Counted from the stretch's first letter, positions 18,496 to 28,186 are shown. The stretch is DNA of 64,000 nt from an uncultured Candidatus Saccharibacteria bacterium (GCA_964510805.1 CAZEDG010000001.1:48227-112226); one strand, 5' to 3'. The notes: generated by a model not told the origin, from the letters alone. Translations and numbers: made by a program.

Positions 18496-18939
18496 ATGTC
18501 CTCCCGCGCAATCATTCGCCTCACTCTTCTTAATAGAGAAACCTTCACCCTTAACTATAGTCGTCGTATGTACGCAATCATAAGGAGGTACACTCCTTCT
18601 GCTCAAGAAGGTGGTAAGAATGAGTGCTTTGCAGAGCTTACCGGTCTTAGAACATTTTTCAAGATGACGTACCAAGAAATTGCTAAGAAGATAGCAGGTG
18701 ATATTAAGCGAGAGATCGGCCATGAATGCACGCTAACGGTTACTTCTCCTACACGATACGATTCGCTACAAAGGAAAGACACCAAGAAAAGGAGTATTAG
18801 CACCTACTCAGAAATTAATACTCTTTTTGCTGGCAAAAAAGTATCTAGTATACAAAAGCGAGCACTTGCAGAAGTAACGACAGCACTTAAGAAGCGTCGG
18901 GTAAGGCTTACTGTTCCTTTTATCGGTAAGGTTAAGTAA
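18496..18939 (+). CDS. hypothetical basic protein; start uncertain
   Basis: ORF only; internal Met at 18568 and 18666 are alternative starts. Confidence 0.25.
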   Translation: MSSRAIIRLTLLNRETFTLNYSRRMYAIIRRYTPSAQEGGKNECFAELTGLRTFFKMTYQEIAKKIAGDIKREIGHECTLTVTSPTRYDSLQRKDTKKRSISTYSEINTLFAGKKVSSIQKRALAEVTTALKKRRVRLTVPFIGKVK

Positions 18940-19075
18940 TTCTACACGTTATGTCGCGTACACTTGTCATGAAATGTCTTCTCGTATGGTTAGCTACTCT
19001 TGTATAATGTTGATGATTGTTTGGAAACCTAAAGTTTATAAACATTAATTACTATGATAGTGTCCTAACAAAAAA

Positions 19076-19108
19076 GCGCTAAGAAGAGAAGTTCTTTCTT
19101 AACGCTTG
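19076..19108 (-). terminator. rho-independent terminator for gene 19126..19554
   Basis: agcgctaagaa/ttcttaacgct hairpin with a T-run on the minus strand. Confidence 0.45.
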
Positions 19109-19125
19109 TGTCCGCTTTCTTTTTT

Positions 19126-19554
19126 TTACGCAACCGATTCGAAACAAGAAAGCTTGTGAAGCCTCTCCTTTACATTGAGAGCTATTCTTTCAGGGGTTTC
19201 CTCTTCCTTTGTATTAAGGAAGATAATTTGTTTTTCGGTTAATCCTAGGAAACTAAGTGGTTGTTTCATCAAGTCTTGTCTAACTTGTGGTGCTGTCGAT
19301 TTTTTTGAAGCTCTCGGTATCGATCCTCCAAATAGCCAAGACAATCTGCCGATCACAACAATGACATTGTTTGATTCCTGATGAGATATGACCAACTCCA
19401 GTGTTCCAAGGTTAGTGGAAGTATAGAGTATTTCTTCGACACCAAGATCACCTTTTTGTCTCTCAAGAGCAGAATATTTCGCTGTTCTCTGTGAGCGTGA
19501 TATGTCATCTGCACAGATGACAAGAGTAGGACGGTTCGTGTTGGGGTGACGCAT
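19126..19554 (-). CDS. hypothetical protein
   Basis: ORF only; Rossmann-like pattern LVICADD...VIVVIG. Confidence 0.3.
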   Translation of the reverse strand: MRHPNTNRPTLVICADDISRSQRTAKYSALERQKGDLGVEEILYTSTNLGTLELVISHQESNNVIVVIGRLSWLFGGSIPRASKKSTAPQVRQDLMKQPLSFLGLTEKQIIFLNTKEEETPERIALNVKERLHKLSCFESVA

Positions 19555-19744
19555 GGATAACCTCCTTATGGTTGGTAATTACATTGAAGAACAAAAGCAG
19601 TCTCCACTATATACGATAGAAGAAATTATTGCAAACAGAAGGTTGATGATTAGTGGTTTTATCTATGCTAGAATACTCGCACTAAGATACAATGACCGTC
19701 ATTGCGGACCCATTGCAATGACGGTCATTGTGTCTCATCTATCT

Positions 19745-20785
19745 ATGCTCAAGCAGTATCAGTACACAATACAAGAGAAGTCCATTCGGAAAGAACCGCT
19801 TAATGAGCGGGATACTTCGAGGATTTTTGTCTATGATACTGCGACTGATACGATCACTTTTGATTATTTTTACAACCTTGCGAAATATACTCCTGAGCAC
19901 ACCCTTCTTGTGCTTAATGACACAGGCGTGATTCCTGCACGTGTTACATTCAAAAAACAAACAGGGGGCAAAGTGAAAGGCCTCATTCTCCTAAACGAAG
20001 GACTTACAGAAGAAGGCGAGGTTGGAGCTATTGTTGATCGTAAGATTACTCCTGGTCAAGATCTGTATATTGATTCTCATCATTTCAAGGTGACAAGACA
20101 AGAAGAATCTAAGTTTTTTCTTAAGCCAATGTTTGCTGAGACTATAAGCGAAGTCCTCTTACATCACGGTACTACACCAACACCCCCATATCTTGGTAAG
20201 CAATCACTTGACGAAGAATCGCTTCGCACTAGGTATCAGACGATTTTTTCAAAAGAAAAGAAATCAGTCGCAGCGCCTACTGCGTCACTTCATTTTACTG
20301 AAAGAGTTTTTGCAAGATTAAAAGAAAAAGATGTTACAAGTGCATATATAACGCTTGATGTTGGTCTTGGGACTTTTGCAGAAGTAAAAGAAGAGCAAGT
20401 GCAGTCAAGAACGCTTCATAAAGAGCATGTCTTCATCTCAAGTGAAACTTGTAAGCAAATACAAGAACAAAAAAAGAATCGGAGGCCTGTGCTTGCAGTT
20501 GGAACAACTGCAGTAAGAACGCTTGAGTCACAAAAAGATCATATTCTTCAAGGTGTTGGATCGTATCAAGGTGATACATCGTTGTTCATTCTTCCTCCTT
20601 ATGATTTTAAAATTGTCGATCATATGATTACTAATTTTCATGTACCAGGATCAAGTCTTATGGCGCTTGTTGATGCTTTTCTTTTGCACAAAAAAGCAAA
20701 AAGAAGAATTCTCGAGCTTTACGAAGTCGCACAACAAGAAGGATTCACTTTCTACTCCTTTGGTGATTCGATGGTGATTATCTAA
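19745..20785 (+). CDS. queA: S-adenosylmethionine:tRNA ribosyltransferase-isomerase QueA
   Basis: Full-length similarity to QueA. The longer ORF from 19553 overlaps a divergent gene start, so Met at 19745 is preferred. Confidence 0.8.
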   Translation: MLKQYQYTIQEKSIRKEPLNERDTSRIFVYDTATDTITFDYFYNLAKYTPEHTLLVLNDTGVIPARVTFKKQTGGKVKGLILLNEGLTEEGEVGAIVDRKITPGQDLYIDSHHFKVTRQEESKFFLKPMFAETISEVLLHHGTTPTPPYLGKQSLDEESLRTRYQTIFSKEKKSVAAPTASLHFTERVFARLKEKDVTSAYITLDVGLGTFAEVKEEQVQSRTLHKEHVFISSETCKQIQEQKKNRRPVLAVGTTAVRTLESQKDHILQGVGSYQGDTSLFILPPYDFKIVDHMITNFHVPGSSLMALVDAFLLHKKAKRRILELYEVAQQEGFTFYSFGDSMVII

Positions 20786-20880
20786 ATATTTTACCCGAAC
20801 CGTAAGTATGGACATAAACATAATTATATGTTATATTATACCCCCTACACATGGTGTGTAGTTTTTTGCGGAGTAAAACC

Positions 20881-21123
20881 ATGAGCGCAAGTTCTAACGA
20901 TCAAGGCAAGACGGTAGATGTAACGCTTCGTCTTTCTGTGGAATTACATCAAAGGTTGCTTGCTTTGCAAGCAACGGTGCAATCAAAAGATCTCGGAGAA
21001 GTTTCTCAAAATGCTTATCGCCTTTACGAGGCAATGGTTAACGAAGCAGAAGCAGGGGCTGAATTTTTTATCAAACGAAAAGGAGATGATGCTCCTGTTC
21101 CGCATGAAGTTTTTCAGAAATAA
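20881..21123 (+). CDS. small ribbon-helix-helix-like protein (orphan antitoxin/regulator-like)
   Basis: TVDVTLRLSVELHQRLLALQA beta-strand/helix pattern; GGAG 7 nt upstream. Confidence 0.3.
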   Translation: MSASSNDQGKTVDVTLRLSVELHQRLLALQATVQSKDLGEVSQNAYRLYEAMVNEAEAGAEFFIKRKGDDAPVPHEVFQK

Positions 21124-21261
21124 TCGAGGTATGAGCACGGGAAAGGCATTAACATCTCTCCCGTGTTTTATTTTTTTATACTCAAATTACTTTTTATGGT
21201 ATGATGTCTCGTACCTGTATCTCTATCTATTAACCATTAACTATAAACTATTAACCACAGT

Positions 21262-22383
21262 ATGTCTCTCTCCATCGGAATTGTCGGTCTACCAAACGTT
21301 GGTAAATCAACACTTTTTAACGCCATCACTAAGAAGTCTGTCCCTGCGGATAACTATCCTTTTTGTACTATTGACCCATCAGTTGGTCTTGTTGCTGTGC
21401 CTGATGAACGACTTGAAGTGCTTTCTCGAATGAGCGGATCGAAGAAACTTATCCCTGCAGTTGTTGAGTTCGTAGATATCGCAGGTCTTGTAAAAGGTGC
21501 AAGTGAAGGGCAAGGGCTTGGTAATCAGTTCCTCTCTCATATTCGCGAGACAGATGCTATCGCACAAGTGGTGCGTATCTACGAGAATGGTGACCTTATC
21601 CATGTGGAAGGTACTGTTGATCCTGTACGCGATATCGAAATCATTAACATGGAACTTATTCTTGCGGATCTCCAGACTACAGAAAAAAGACTACAGACAA
21701 TAGAAAAAGATGTTAAACGTGGAGATAAAGATGCTCTTAAGTTTAAAGAACTTTTACTTACAATAAAAACAACACTTGAAGGTGAGAAGCTTGCTCATAG
21801 TATTTCTTTTGATGAAGAAGAGAAGAAGATTGTGCGCGAGCTTCACCTCATCACCATGAAGCCTTTTCTTTATGTGCTTAATAAGCAGTCAGGCGGTAAG
21901 AATCTTGATGAGATGAACTCTAATCCTACGGGCGGGGAACCTGATGATCGTTTCAAGAAGTTGCTTACTTATTTTAGAGATAATCATGCCAAGTATGTGA
22001 TTGTTGACGCGAAGATAGAAGATGAGCTTAAGGAATTTGAAGGAGAAGAAAAAGAGATGATGCGTCATGAGCTCGGTGCGCATGATAATGGTGTGGATGG
22101 TCTTATTAGTGCTGGCTATCAACTTCTTGGTCTTGAAACATACTTAACAACAGGGGAGATGGAGACAAGAGCATGGACTATCAAGAAGGGGTCTTCTGCG
22201 CCAAAGGCGGCATCTGCGATACATAGTGATTTTGAGCAGAAGTTCATTCGAGCAGAAGTTGTTGCGTATACAGATCTTGTGAGTGCGGGGAGTTTTGCAG
22301 AAGCAAAGTCACGAGGACTTCTTCGTACCGAGGGTAAGGAGTATATTGTGAAGGATGGTGATGTGATTGAGTTTAAAATTTGA
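21262..22383 (+). CDS. ychF: ribosome-binding ATPase YchF (Obg-family GTPase)
   Basis: GIVGLPNVGKST; TGS domain at the C-terminus. Confidence 0.9.
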   Translation: MSLSIGIVGLPNVGKSTLFNAITKKSVPADNYPFCTIDPSVGLVAVPDERLEVLSRMSGSKKLIPAVVEFVDIAGLVKGASEGQGLGNQFLSHIRETDAIAQVVRIYENGDLIHVEGTVDPVRDIEIINMELILADLQTTEKRLQTIEKDVKRGDKDALKFKELLLTIKTTLEGEKLAHSISFDEEEKKIVRELHLITMKPFLYVLNKQSGGKNLDEMNSNPTGGEPDDRFKKLLTYFRDNHAKYVIVDAKIEDELKEFEGEEKEMMRHELGAHDNGVDGLISAGYQLLGLETYLTTGEMETRAWTIKKGSSAPKAASAIHSDFEQKFIRAEVVAYTDLVSAGSFAEAKSRGLLRTEGKEYIVKDGDVIEFKI

Positions 22384-22480
22384 TTTGAAGGTCTTGATGT
22401 AAGTGTGCTACACTCTATGGTGGCTGGTCCTCGTATATGAAAAGAAGAGGATTAGCGTAAGGAAGCGCAGTGAAAGCCTC

Positions 22481-22530
22481 AAGCAGGTACCAGACCTCTC
22501 GGTCGGTGCCTGCTTTTTTCTTTTGTTTTG
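22481..22530 (+). terminator. rho-independent terminator after ychF
   Basis: 11-bp stem aagcaggtacc/ggtgcctgctt (one G-U pair) followed by TTTTTTCTTTTG. Confidence 0.5.
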
Positions 22531-22683
22531 TGTGAGTGTTTTATAAGTAACTGTGGATAACTCTTGAGGAAAATTTGCGTAAAGATGTATAGACATGCTA
22601 GTATTTCTGTTAGACGTTCTTTTGCAAGCGATTGCAGTTTTTCGTAAGCGATTGACGTCTGCGGTAGACAACAGGAGTAAAGC

Positions 22684-22797
22684 ATGAACAACTTCGGCCA
22701 CTCCATGATCGGCAACGCCGGCTACATCGACACCGGCCAAAGTGGCTTCGCCACCACGACCGACATCAACGCGACGATCAACGGCGCCAACAACTGA
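22684..22797 (+). CDS. GC-rich 37-aa ORF with strong C3 codon bias (MNNFGHSMIGNAGYIDTGQSGFATTTDINATINGANN)
   Basis: AGGAG SD 8 nt upstream, its own terminator at 22865-22900, about 60% GC against about 38% surroundings. Confidence 0.3.
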   Translation: MNNFGHSMIGNAGYIDTGQSGFATTTDINATINGANN

Positions 22798-22864
22798 AGG
22801 GCGAACATGCCCATCAAGATCTTGTTCCTTAGAACCATAAGCTGTGTATCAGCCTAAGGAACTC

Positions 22865-22900
22865 AACCCACCCCTCAAAAGGTGGGTTCGACTTTTTATA
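22865..22900 (+). terminator. rho-independent terminator
   Basis: acccaccc-ctcaaaa-gggtgggt followed by a T-run. Confidence 0.55.
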
Positions 22901-22973
22901 TAGACCTTACATAAGGAGTGTGAAATAAAATCCGTGCTAGGATGGTAGTAAGGAATAAGCCTCATATTGTCAT

Positions 22974-23537
22974 ATGCAATCACTCTCTATAGCACATACT
23001 GACGAAGCCTTGGTAGAAGAAATATACCAAGGTGACAAGGAGCTCTTCGGGGAGCTTATTGATAGGTATGAGGCAAAACTTACAAGATACGTAAGAAGGT
23101 TCACACAAGAAAAAGATGATATCGACGATATTGTACAAACCATTTTTGTAAAAGCGTATACCCATCTTAACAGTTTCGATACTTCTCGTTCATTTAATAG
23201 TTGGATTTATCGTATTGCTCATAATGAGAGTGTGACGTATCTTAAGAGAAAAGGGGAAGAGAAGGTTTCTTTTATTGACTTTGATACCTTCTTCCCTCAT
23301 CCTTTTGCAAAAGAAGAATCAGATGCCCTTGCACTCTCCAATGAGCAGAAGAAACTTCTCGAAAGTTCACTAAGTAAACTTCCTCCTAAGTATCGCGAAG
23401 TGCTTGTACTTTATTTCTTCGAAGAGATGTCGTACGAAGAGATACGTGAAGTGCTCCATATACCTACCTCAACGGTAGGAGTTCGTTTAAGAAGAGCGAA
23501 GCAAGCGCTCGAGGCATTATTACAACAATACGTATGA
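22974..23537 (+). CDS. ECF-family RNA polymerase sigma factor (sigma-24 type)
   Basis: Sigma-70 region 2 and region 4 (SYEEIREVLHIPTSTVGVRLRRA) patterns. Confidence 0.8.
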   Translation: MQSLSIAHTDEALVEEIYQGDKELFGELIDRYEAKLTRYVRRFTQEKDDIDDIVQTIFVKAYTHLNSFDTSRSFNSWIYRIAHNESVTYLKRKGEEKVSFIDFDTFFPHPFAKEESDALALSNEQKKLLESSLSKLPPKYREVLVLYFFEEMSYEEIREVLHIPTSTVGVRLRRAKQALEALLQQYV

Positions 23538-24292
23538 AAAAACAAATTTCTCATCTCAAAGAAACTATTTTACATAAGGTAACTCATGATTCTATCTCTA
23601 TGATACCGAGATGGAAGTTCGTGATGTACTCACTTTTGTTTATTTTTGCTGGCCTCTTTGTAGCTGGGGTTGTTATTTTTTGTCTTAGTCTCTTTTTGTT
23701 CGTGCTTTCTTCTCATGGAATGCTCCATCTTTCTTTCTTTGATTTTGTTGCGATGCTTATGACGATCAAAGTACTTCCAGCTCTTCTTCTTATATTCACA
23801 TTGATTCTTGTTGGTGTGCTCCACATGATTGCAAGAAGATACACCGTAGCTTTCAGATGGCCTCTCCTTAGTGTATTTCTCCTCATTTCTATGGTGGCTG
23901 TTGCGCTTAGTTATTTTGTGAGTGAGACACCTCTTCATACTCATGTTAGAAATTTTGCACGAGGTCATCATGTGGGGATGATGGAGCATATGTATGACAG
24001 ACCTCATGATATTCTGCCAGGAAGACCTGATGTAATTCGCGGAGAAGTGCTGAGTGTGGCAAGTTCTTCTTTTCGAATAAGGGCTTTTGATGGAAAAGAA
24101 TTTCTTGTAAATGCTTCTCGTACGGAAGAGTATTCACCTTCTTTGCTTTCCCAACTGCAAGCAGGTGATGATGTAACAGTATTTGGCTCGTTTACACAAG
24201 ATGGAGATACTTTTGATATGCTTCTACTACGTGCTCATACTGTACAGTCATCAATGATGATGCGACAAGAATTTGCTCCTCCTGTGAAATAA
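23534..24292 (+). CDS. putative membrane anti-sigma factor
   Basis: Translationally coupled to the sigma factor (ATGA overlap); four TM helices. Confidence 0.4.
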   Translation: MKKQISHLKETILHKVTHDSISMIPRWKFVMYSLLFIFAGLFVAGVVIFCLSLFLFVLSSHGMLHLSFFDFVAMLMTIKVLPALLLIFTLILVGVLHMIARRYTVAFRWPLLSVFLLISMVAVALSYFVSETPLHTHVRNFARGHHVGMMEHMYDRPHDILPGRPDVIRGEVLSVASSSFRIRAFDGKEFLVNASRTEEYSPSLLSQLQAGDDVTVFGSFTQDGDTFDMLLLRAHTVQSSMMMRQEFAPPVK

Positions 24293-24480
24293 AAGAAGTG
24301 TCAAAAGGTATTAGTAAGTGTAGGAAGGAATTGCTCCTATGCGCAGAGTTGCATACTCTTCCTGCTTAGTTTTTGTAAAAGTTGTAGTATCTCTATATCG
24401 GTACAACAGACACAGAGTTTTTTCCTTGGAGATTTACGACACAAAGACTTATTTATTCTTAACACTGAACTTATATATTT

Positions 24481-24942
24481 ATGAAAAAATCATTACAAAA
24501 AATTGGCATGGTAAGTGCACTATCACTCGCATCTTTTTCTGTACTTTCTGCTTCTGCTATGGGAATGCCTTACATGATGAACAATGCTACACCTGATGAA
24601 ATCGCAACAAGGCAGACACAGATGTTCACGAGTCAGGCTTCACTTATTGGTGCGACTGTGGATGAAGTAAAGAATGCTTGGGCAAGTGGGAAGGATTTTA
24701 AAACGCTTGCACAAGAAAAAGGAATCACAGAAGAACAGCTTCGTACAAAAATGGAAACCAAGAGAACCGACGAGATGAAAACCACACTCGCAACTCTTGT
24801 AAGTAAAGGAGTTATTACTCAGGCGCAAGCAGATAAGAGGCTTGCAACCATGAGTGCAAAGGCAAGTAACGAAAAAGGCGCAGGCAAGCGCGGAAGGGGA
24901 CATATGTCCGGCTTCACAGGAATGATGGGAGGAGGGTTCTAG
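24481..24942 (+). CDS. secreted helical hypothetical protein
   Basis: Signal peptide; K/E-rich helical repeats. Confidence 0.35.
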   Translation: MKKSLQKIGMVSALSLASFSVLSASAMGMPYMMNNATPDEIATRQTQMFTSQASLIGATVDEVKNAWASGKDFKTLAQEKGITEEQLRTKMETKRTDEMKTTLATLVSKGVITQAQADKRLATMSAKASNEKGAGKRGRGHMSGFTGMMGGGF

Positions 24943-24988
24943 TTATTGCTTGTGTAAAAAATTCTACACATATTGATCTATCTTTTAC

Positions 24989-25030
24989 AAAACCATCACA
25001 CACAGAAGTGTGATGGTTTTGTTTTTTTTG
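24989..25030 (+). terminator. rho-independent terminator
   Basis: aaaaccatcacac...gtgtgatggtttt followed by a T-run. Confidence 0.6.
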
Positions 25031-25132
25031 CAAAAAAAGAGGAGATGGTGTACTATCGATGAGTATCTTTGTCGAAGTATGGCTAAACCAGAACTATTTG
25101 TTTTGGTCGCTCTATAGTAAGGAGAAAGAATC

Positions 25133-25522
25133 GTGATTGATCAAGGCATTCGTATTTATCTTCAAGATGTTTCGCTTTCAGTCAAAGAAGAAGTCGTTAG
25201 TTCTGCAAAAAGAGCAATTCAAGGCGTAGAAAACGCGGTGAGAGCTTCTCAGGAGTCTGATGAACTATATTTTTCTTTCGAAGAGATTCGTATTAACTCT
25301 TACCCTCTTGATAAAAGGGAAGTTAATACTGTTGAAGTTAGTGTCTCTTTTCATTCTTCGCTTTCTTCTGACAGGAAGAGTTCAAAAACTGTTGCCTATG
25401 TTTACAGAAGAAACAGGGCTTGTACGGAAACTTCTATGGCGAAGCAAGTTTTTGACGCAACAGCACAACTTGCTCTTGCTCTTGCAGATGAAGTTCTTTT
25501 GAAGGATCTGAAGGCTATATAG
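25133..25522 (+). CDS. hypothetical protein
   Basis: ORF only. Confidence 0.3.
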   Translation: MIDQGIRIYLQDVSLSVKEEVVSSAKRAIQGVENAVRASQESDELYFSFEEIRINSYPLDKREVNTVEVSVSFHSSLSSDRKSSKTVAYVYRRNRACTETSMAKQVFDATAQLALALADEVLLKDLKAI

Positions 25523-25624
25523 AACAAAATACAAAGAAGCGCCACCGGGTAATCCGTGAGCGCTTTTGTTTTATTTCTCCAAAATCTGTATAATGAGAGG
25601 TATACTATCTTAATCTTTTTTTGT

Positions 25625-27544
25625 ATGACTGTTAATGAAATTAGACATAAGTTTCTTCGCTATATGGAGAGCAAGGGGCATGTAGTTGTTCCTTCTGCTT
25701 CCCTTGTTCCGGAGAATGATCCAACGACACTCTTCACAGGAAGTGGCATGCAACCGATGCTTCCGTATCTACTAGGGCAACCTCATCCACTTGGCACTCG
25801 TATTGCTGATTCTCAGAAGTCTTTTCGTTCACAAGATATTGAGGAGGTGGGTGATAATCGTCATACAACATTCTTCGAGATGCTCGGTAATTGGTCTTTT
25901 GGTGATTATTTTAAAGAAGAAGAGATTAGATGGATGTTTCATTTTCTTACGGAAGAATTGAAGCTTAACCCTGAGAATCTTTATATTACTTGTTTTTCGG
26001 GGAATGATGCGCTTAATGTGCCAAGAGATACTTTTTCGGCTGAGTTGTGGCAGAGGCTTTTTTCTGCAAAAGATATTGACGCGCTCATAAGTGATACACC
26101 AGAACTTGGAATGAAGTCAGGTGAGAGAATCTTTTATTATGGAGAGAAGAAAAATTGGTGGAGTAGATCAGGTGTGCCACAGAATATGCCAGAAGGAGAG
26201 CCTGGTGGTCCTGATTCTGAGATGTTCTATGATTTTGATCCTGATGCAAAGAAAGGAATGCATGCGAGCTCTCAGTGGGCACATGAGCCATGTCATGTGA
26301 ACTGTGACTGCGGAAGATTCCTTGAGGTTGGTAACAATGTCTTTATGCAGTACAAGAAAGCTGAAGGAGGTTTTAAAGAGCTTCCTCAAATGAATGTTGA
26401 TCATGGTTCTGGTCTTGAGCGCTACGTGTCTGCGGTTCGTAATGATCCGGATATTTTTAATATTGATGTTTTTGATATTCCAAAAGAAGTGATTAAACGT
26501 CTCTCAAATCATCCATACGAAGAGAGTGCACAGGTTATGTACGCGTATCGCGTAATTCTTGATCATATTAGGTCAGCCACATTTCTTATTGGGGATGGTG
26601 TTATGCCTGGCAATAAAGATCAGATGTACTTCGTACGTCGTCTGGTAAGACGCGCAGTTCGGTTTGCGCGCAATCTTGGAATTGAAGTTAATTTTACTCG
26701 AGAAATTGCTAAGGCTTTTATTTCTGTGTACAAGGATGCGTATAGCAATCTTGGAGAAGGAGAAGAACAGATTCTTTCTGCTCTTGATAAGGAGGAATCC
26801 AAGTTCCGTGTGACCCTAGAAAAGGGTATGAGAGAGTTCGAGAAGATTGCAAAGGATCATATCTCCGGTAAGGACGCCTTTGACCTCCTTCAGTCATATG
26901 GTTTTCCTATTGAGCTTACAGAAGAACTTGCATACGAACGAGGGCTTCAGGTAGATAGGGTTGGTTTTGAAGAAGAAAAGAAAAAGCACGCAGAGGAGTC
27001 TCGTACTGCGTCTTCTGGTAAGTTCAAAGGTGGCCTTGGAGGGGACGGTGATATGGAAGTGAAGTATCATACTGCGACACATCTCCTTCACGAAGCGCTT
27101 CGTCAGGTGCTCGGTGAATCAGTTGCTCAGAAGGGGTCGAATATTACACCCGAGCGACTTCGTTTTGATTTTTCTTTTGATCGTAAGATGACAGATGAAG
27201 AGAAGAAGCAGGTAGAGGATATTGTTAATAGTCGTATTCGTGATGCGCTTCCTGTTACTCGCGAAGAGGTGAGTATTGATGAGGCAAGAGCTCTTGGAGC
27301 AATCGGATTATTTGGAGATAAGTATGGTGATACAGTAAGTGTGTATCGCGTAGGGTCAGGTAAGAGACGAGGAGAGGGAAGTCTTTTCTCGATTGAGTTC
27401 TGTGGTGGGCCTCATGTAGAGAACACGCGAGAGCTTGCCGTGTCACTCCTTCCTAACGGAACGATGCTTGAAGATGTCTTTAAGATCGCAAAAGAAGAAG
27501 CAGTATCTCAAGGTGTAAGAAGAATCAAGGCGGTGCTTCAATAG
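25625..27544 (+). CDS. alaS: alanyl-tRNA synthetase, short form lacking the C-Ala domain
   Basis: N-terminal catalytic similarity (FFEMLGNWSFGDYFK); editing HxxxH (HTATHLLHEAL) and CGGPH. Confidence 0.85.
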   Translation: MTVNEIRHKFLRYMESKGHVVVPSASLVPENDPTTLFTGSGMQPMLPYLLGQPHPLGTRIADSQKSFRSQDIEEVGDNRHTTFFEMLGNWSFGDYFKEEEIRWMFHFLTEELKLNPENLYITCFSGNDALNVPRDTFSAELWQRLFSAKDIDALISDTPELGMKSGERIFYYGEKKNWWSRSGVPQNMPEGEPGGPDSEMFYDFDPDAKKGMHASSQWAHEPCHVNCDCGRFLEVGNNVFMQYKKAEGGFKELPQMNVDHGSGLERYVSAVRNDPDIFNIDVFDIPKEVIKRLSNHPYEESAQVMYAYRVILDHIRSATFLIGDGVMPGNKDQMYFVRRLVRRAVRFARNLGIEVNFTREIAKAFISVYKDAYSNLGEGEEQILSALDKEESKFRVTLEKGMREFEKIAKDHISGKDAFDLLQSYGFPIELTEELAYERGLQVDRVGFEEEKKKHAEESRTASSGKFKGGLGGDGDMEVKYHTATHLLHEALRQVLGESVAQKGSNITPERLRFDFSFDRKMTDEEKKQVEDIVNSRIRDALPVTREEVSIDEARALGAIGLFGDKYGDTVSVYRVGSGKRRGEGSLFSIEFCGGPHVENTRELAVSLLPNGTMLEDVFKIAKEEAVSQGVRRIKAVLQ

Positions 27545-27590
27545 ATAGATGAGATAGATGGTAGATTTTAGACGTTAGATATTAGAAAAG
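27541..27590 (+). repeat. seven tandem TAGNNNN heptads (TTAG-type stop repeat)
   Basis: atagata gatgaga tagatgg tagattt tagacgt tagatat tagaaaa, immediately after the alaS stop. Confidence 0.7.
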
Positions 27591-27594
27591 AAAA

Positions 27595-27623
27595 AAGGCG
27601 CGACCGCAGGTCGCGCCTTTTTT
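27595..27623 (+). terminator. bidirectional rho-independent terminator
   Basis: aggcgcgacc-gca-ggtcgcgcct, A-run upstream and T-run downstream. Confidence 0.7.
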
Positions 27624-27628
27624 GAAAC

Positions 27629-28186
27629 TCAGTCACCCCATGTAAGGTAAAACTTCGGCTTGTTGTGTTCAGGACATGCGTTGTTTGTACAACCGAAGAC
27701 ACCGAATTGGGTATAGTGAACGGCTGTAGTTCTCATATTTTGCATGTAGTAATCTTCTCGAGCTTTGTTTTCTTTTTCCCACGCTTTTCTCATTAGCGTT
27801 GGACAGTCTTCTCGTTCCTTACCTGGGAAATGCCAGAGAGTGAGAGGGTTATTACACCAAAGACAAAGTGCTGGAGTTTTTTCAACAGTTTCTTCTCTGA
27901 AGCACTTTTTACAGATTCTGCTGATATCAAAGACGCCGGTGGCGTATTTCCTATTACCGTCGCGGTCTCGGTAGAAGAGTTGTGTCCATGCGTGGTCACA
28001 ATCTGCTCTCATAGCTTCAACGGTTTCTTCTAGTCCCTGTATCTGTTCAAGGTGCTCCTGTATCTTTTTGAATGTATTTCGTATGTTTCGATCTGTTGGT
28101 CTCTTTGATGGCTTAGAAAGAGCGTAGCCACGGAAACTTACATACCTTGAATAGCGTTGTCTTCGGTTAGACATTCGGTTAGACAT
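27629..28186 (-). CDS. Cys-rich zinc-ribbon protein with basic N-terminus, unknown function
   Basis: CKKC-x11-CLWC ribbon plus CDH and C-x4-C-x2-H; N-terminus MSNRMSNRRQRYSRY. Confidence 0.4.
   Translation of the reverse strand: MSNRMSNRRQRYSRYVSFRGYALSKPSKRPTDRNIRNTFKKIQEHLEQIQGLEETVEAMRADCDHAWTQLFYRDRDGNRKYATGVFDISRICKKCFREETVEKTPALCLWCNNPLTLWHFPGKEREDCPTLMRKAWEKENKAREDYYMQNMRTTAVHYTQFGVFGCTNNACPEHNKPKFYLTWGD

Noticed and set aside
19553-19744. Extended queA N-terminus starting at 19553
   Set aside because: It overlaps the divergent gene start at 19554 and adds ~64 aa that are not QueA-like. The perfect inverted repeat sits in this stretch.
22384-22530. Possible SRP RNA or tmRNA in the ~140-nt spacer after ychF (contains GGAAGCGCAG and CAAGCAGG)
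   Set aside because: No convincing long-range 5'/3' pairing and no conserved helix-8 or tRNA-like motifs. The 3' part is best explained as the ychF terminator.
22408-22740. Minus-strand 110-aa ORF
   Set aside because: It is antisense to the GC-rich peptide ORF and spans terminator and promoter sequence, so it is probably a GC-region artefact.
22876-22892. tRNA T-arm-like GGTGGGTTCGAC
   Set aside because: It is the 3' arm of a terminator hairpin (acccaccc/gggtgggt) followed by a T-run. There is no acceptor stem or CCA context.
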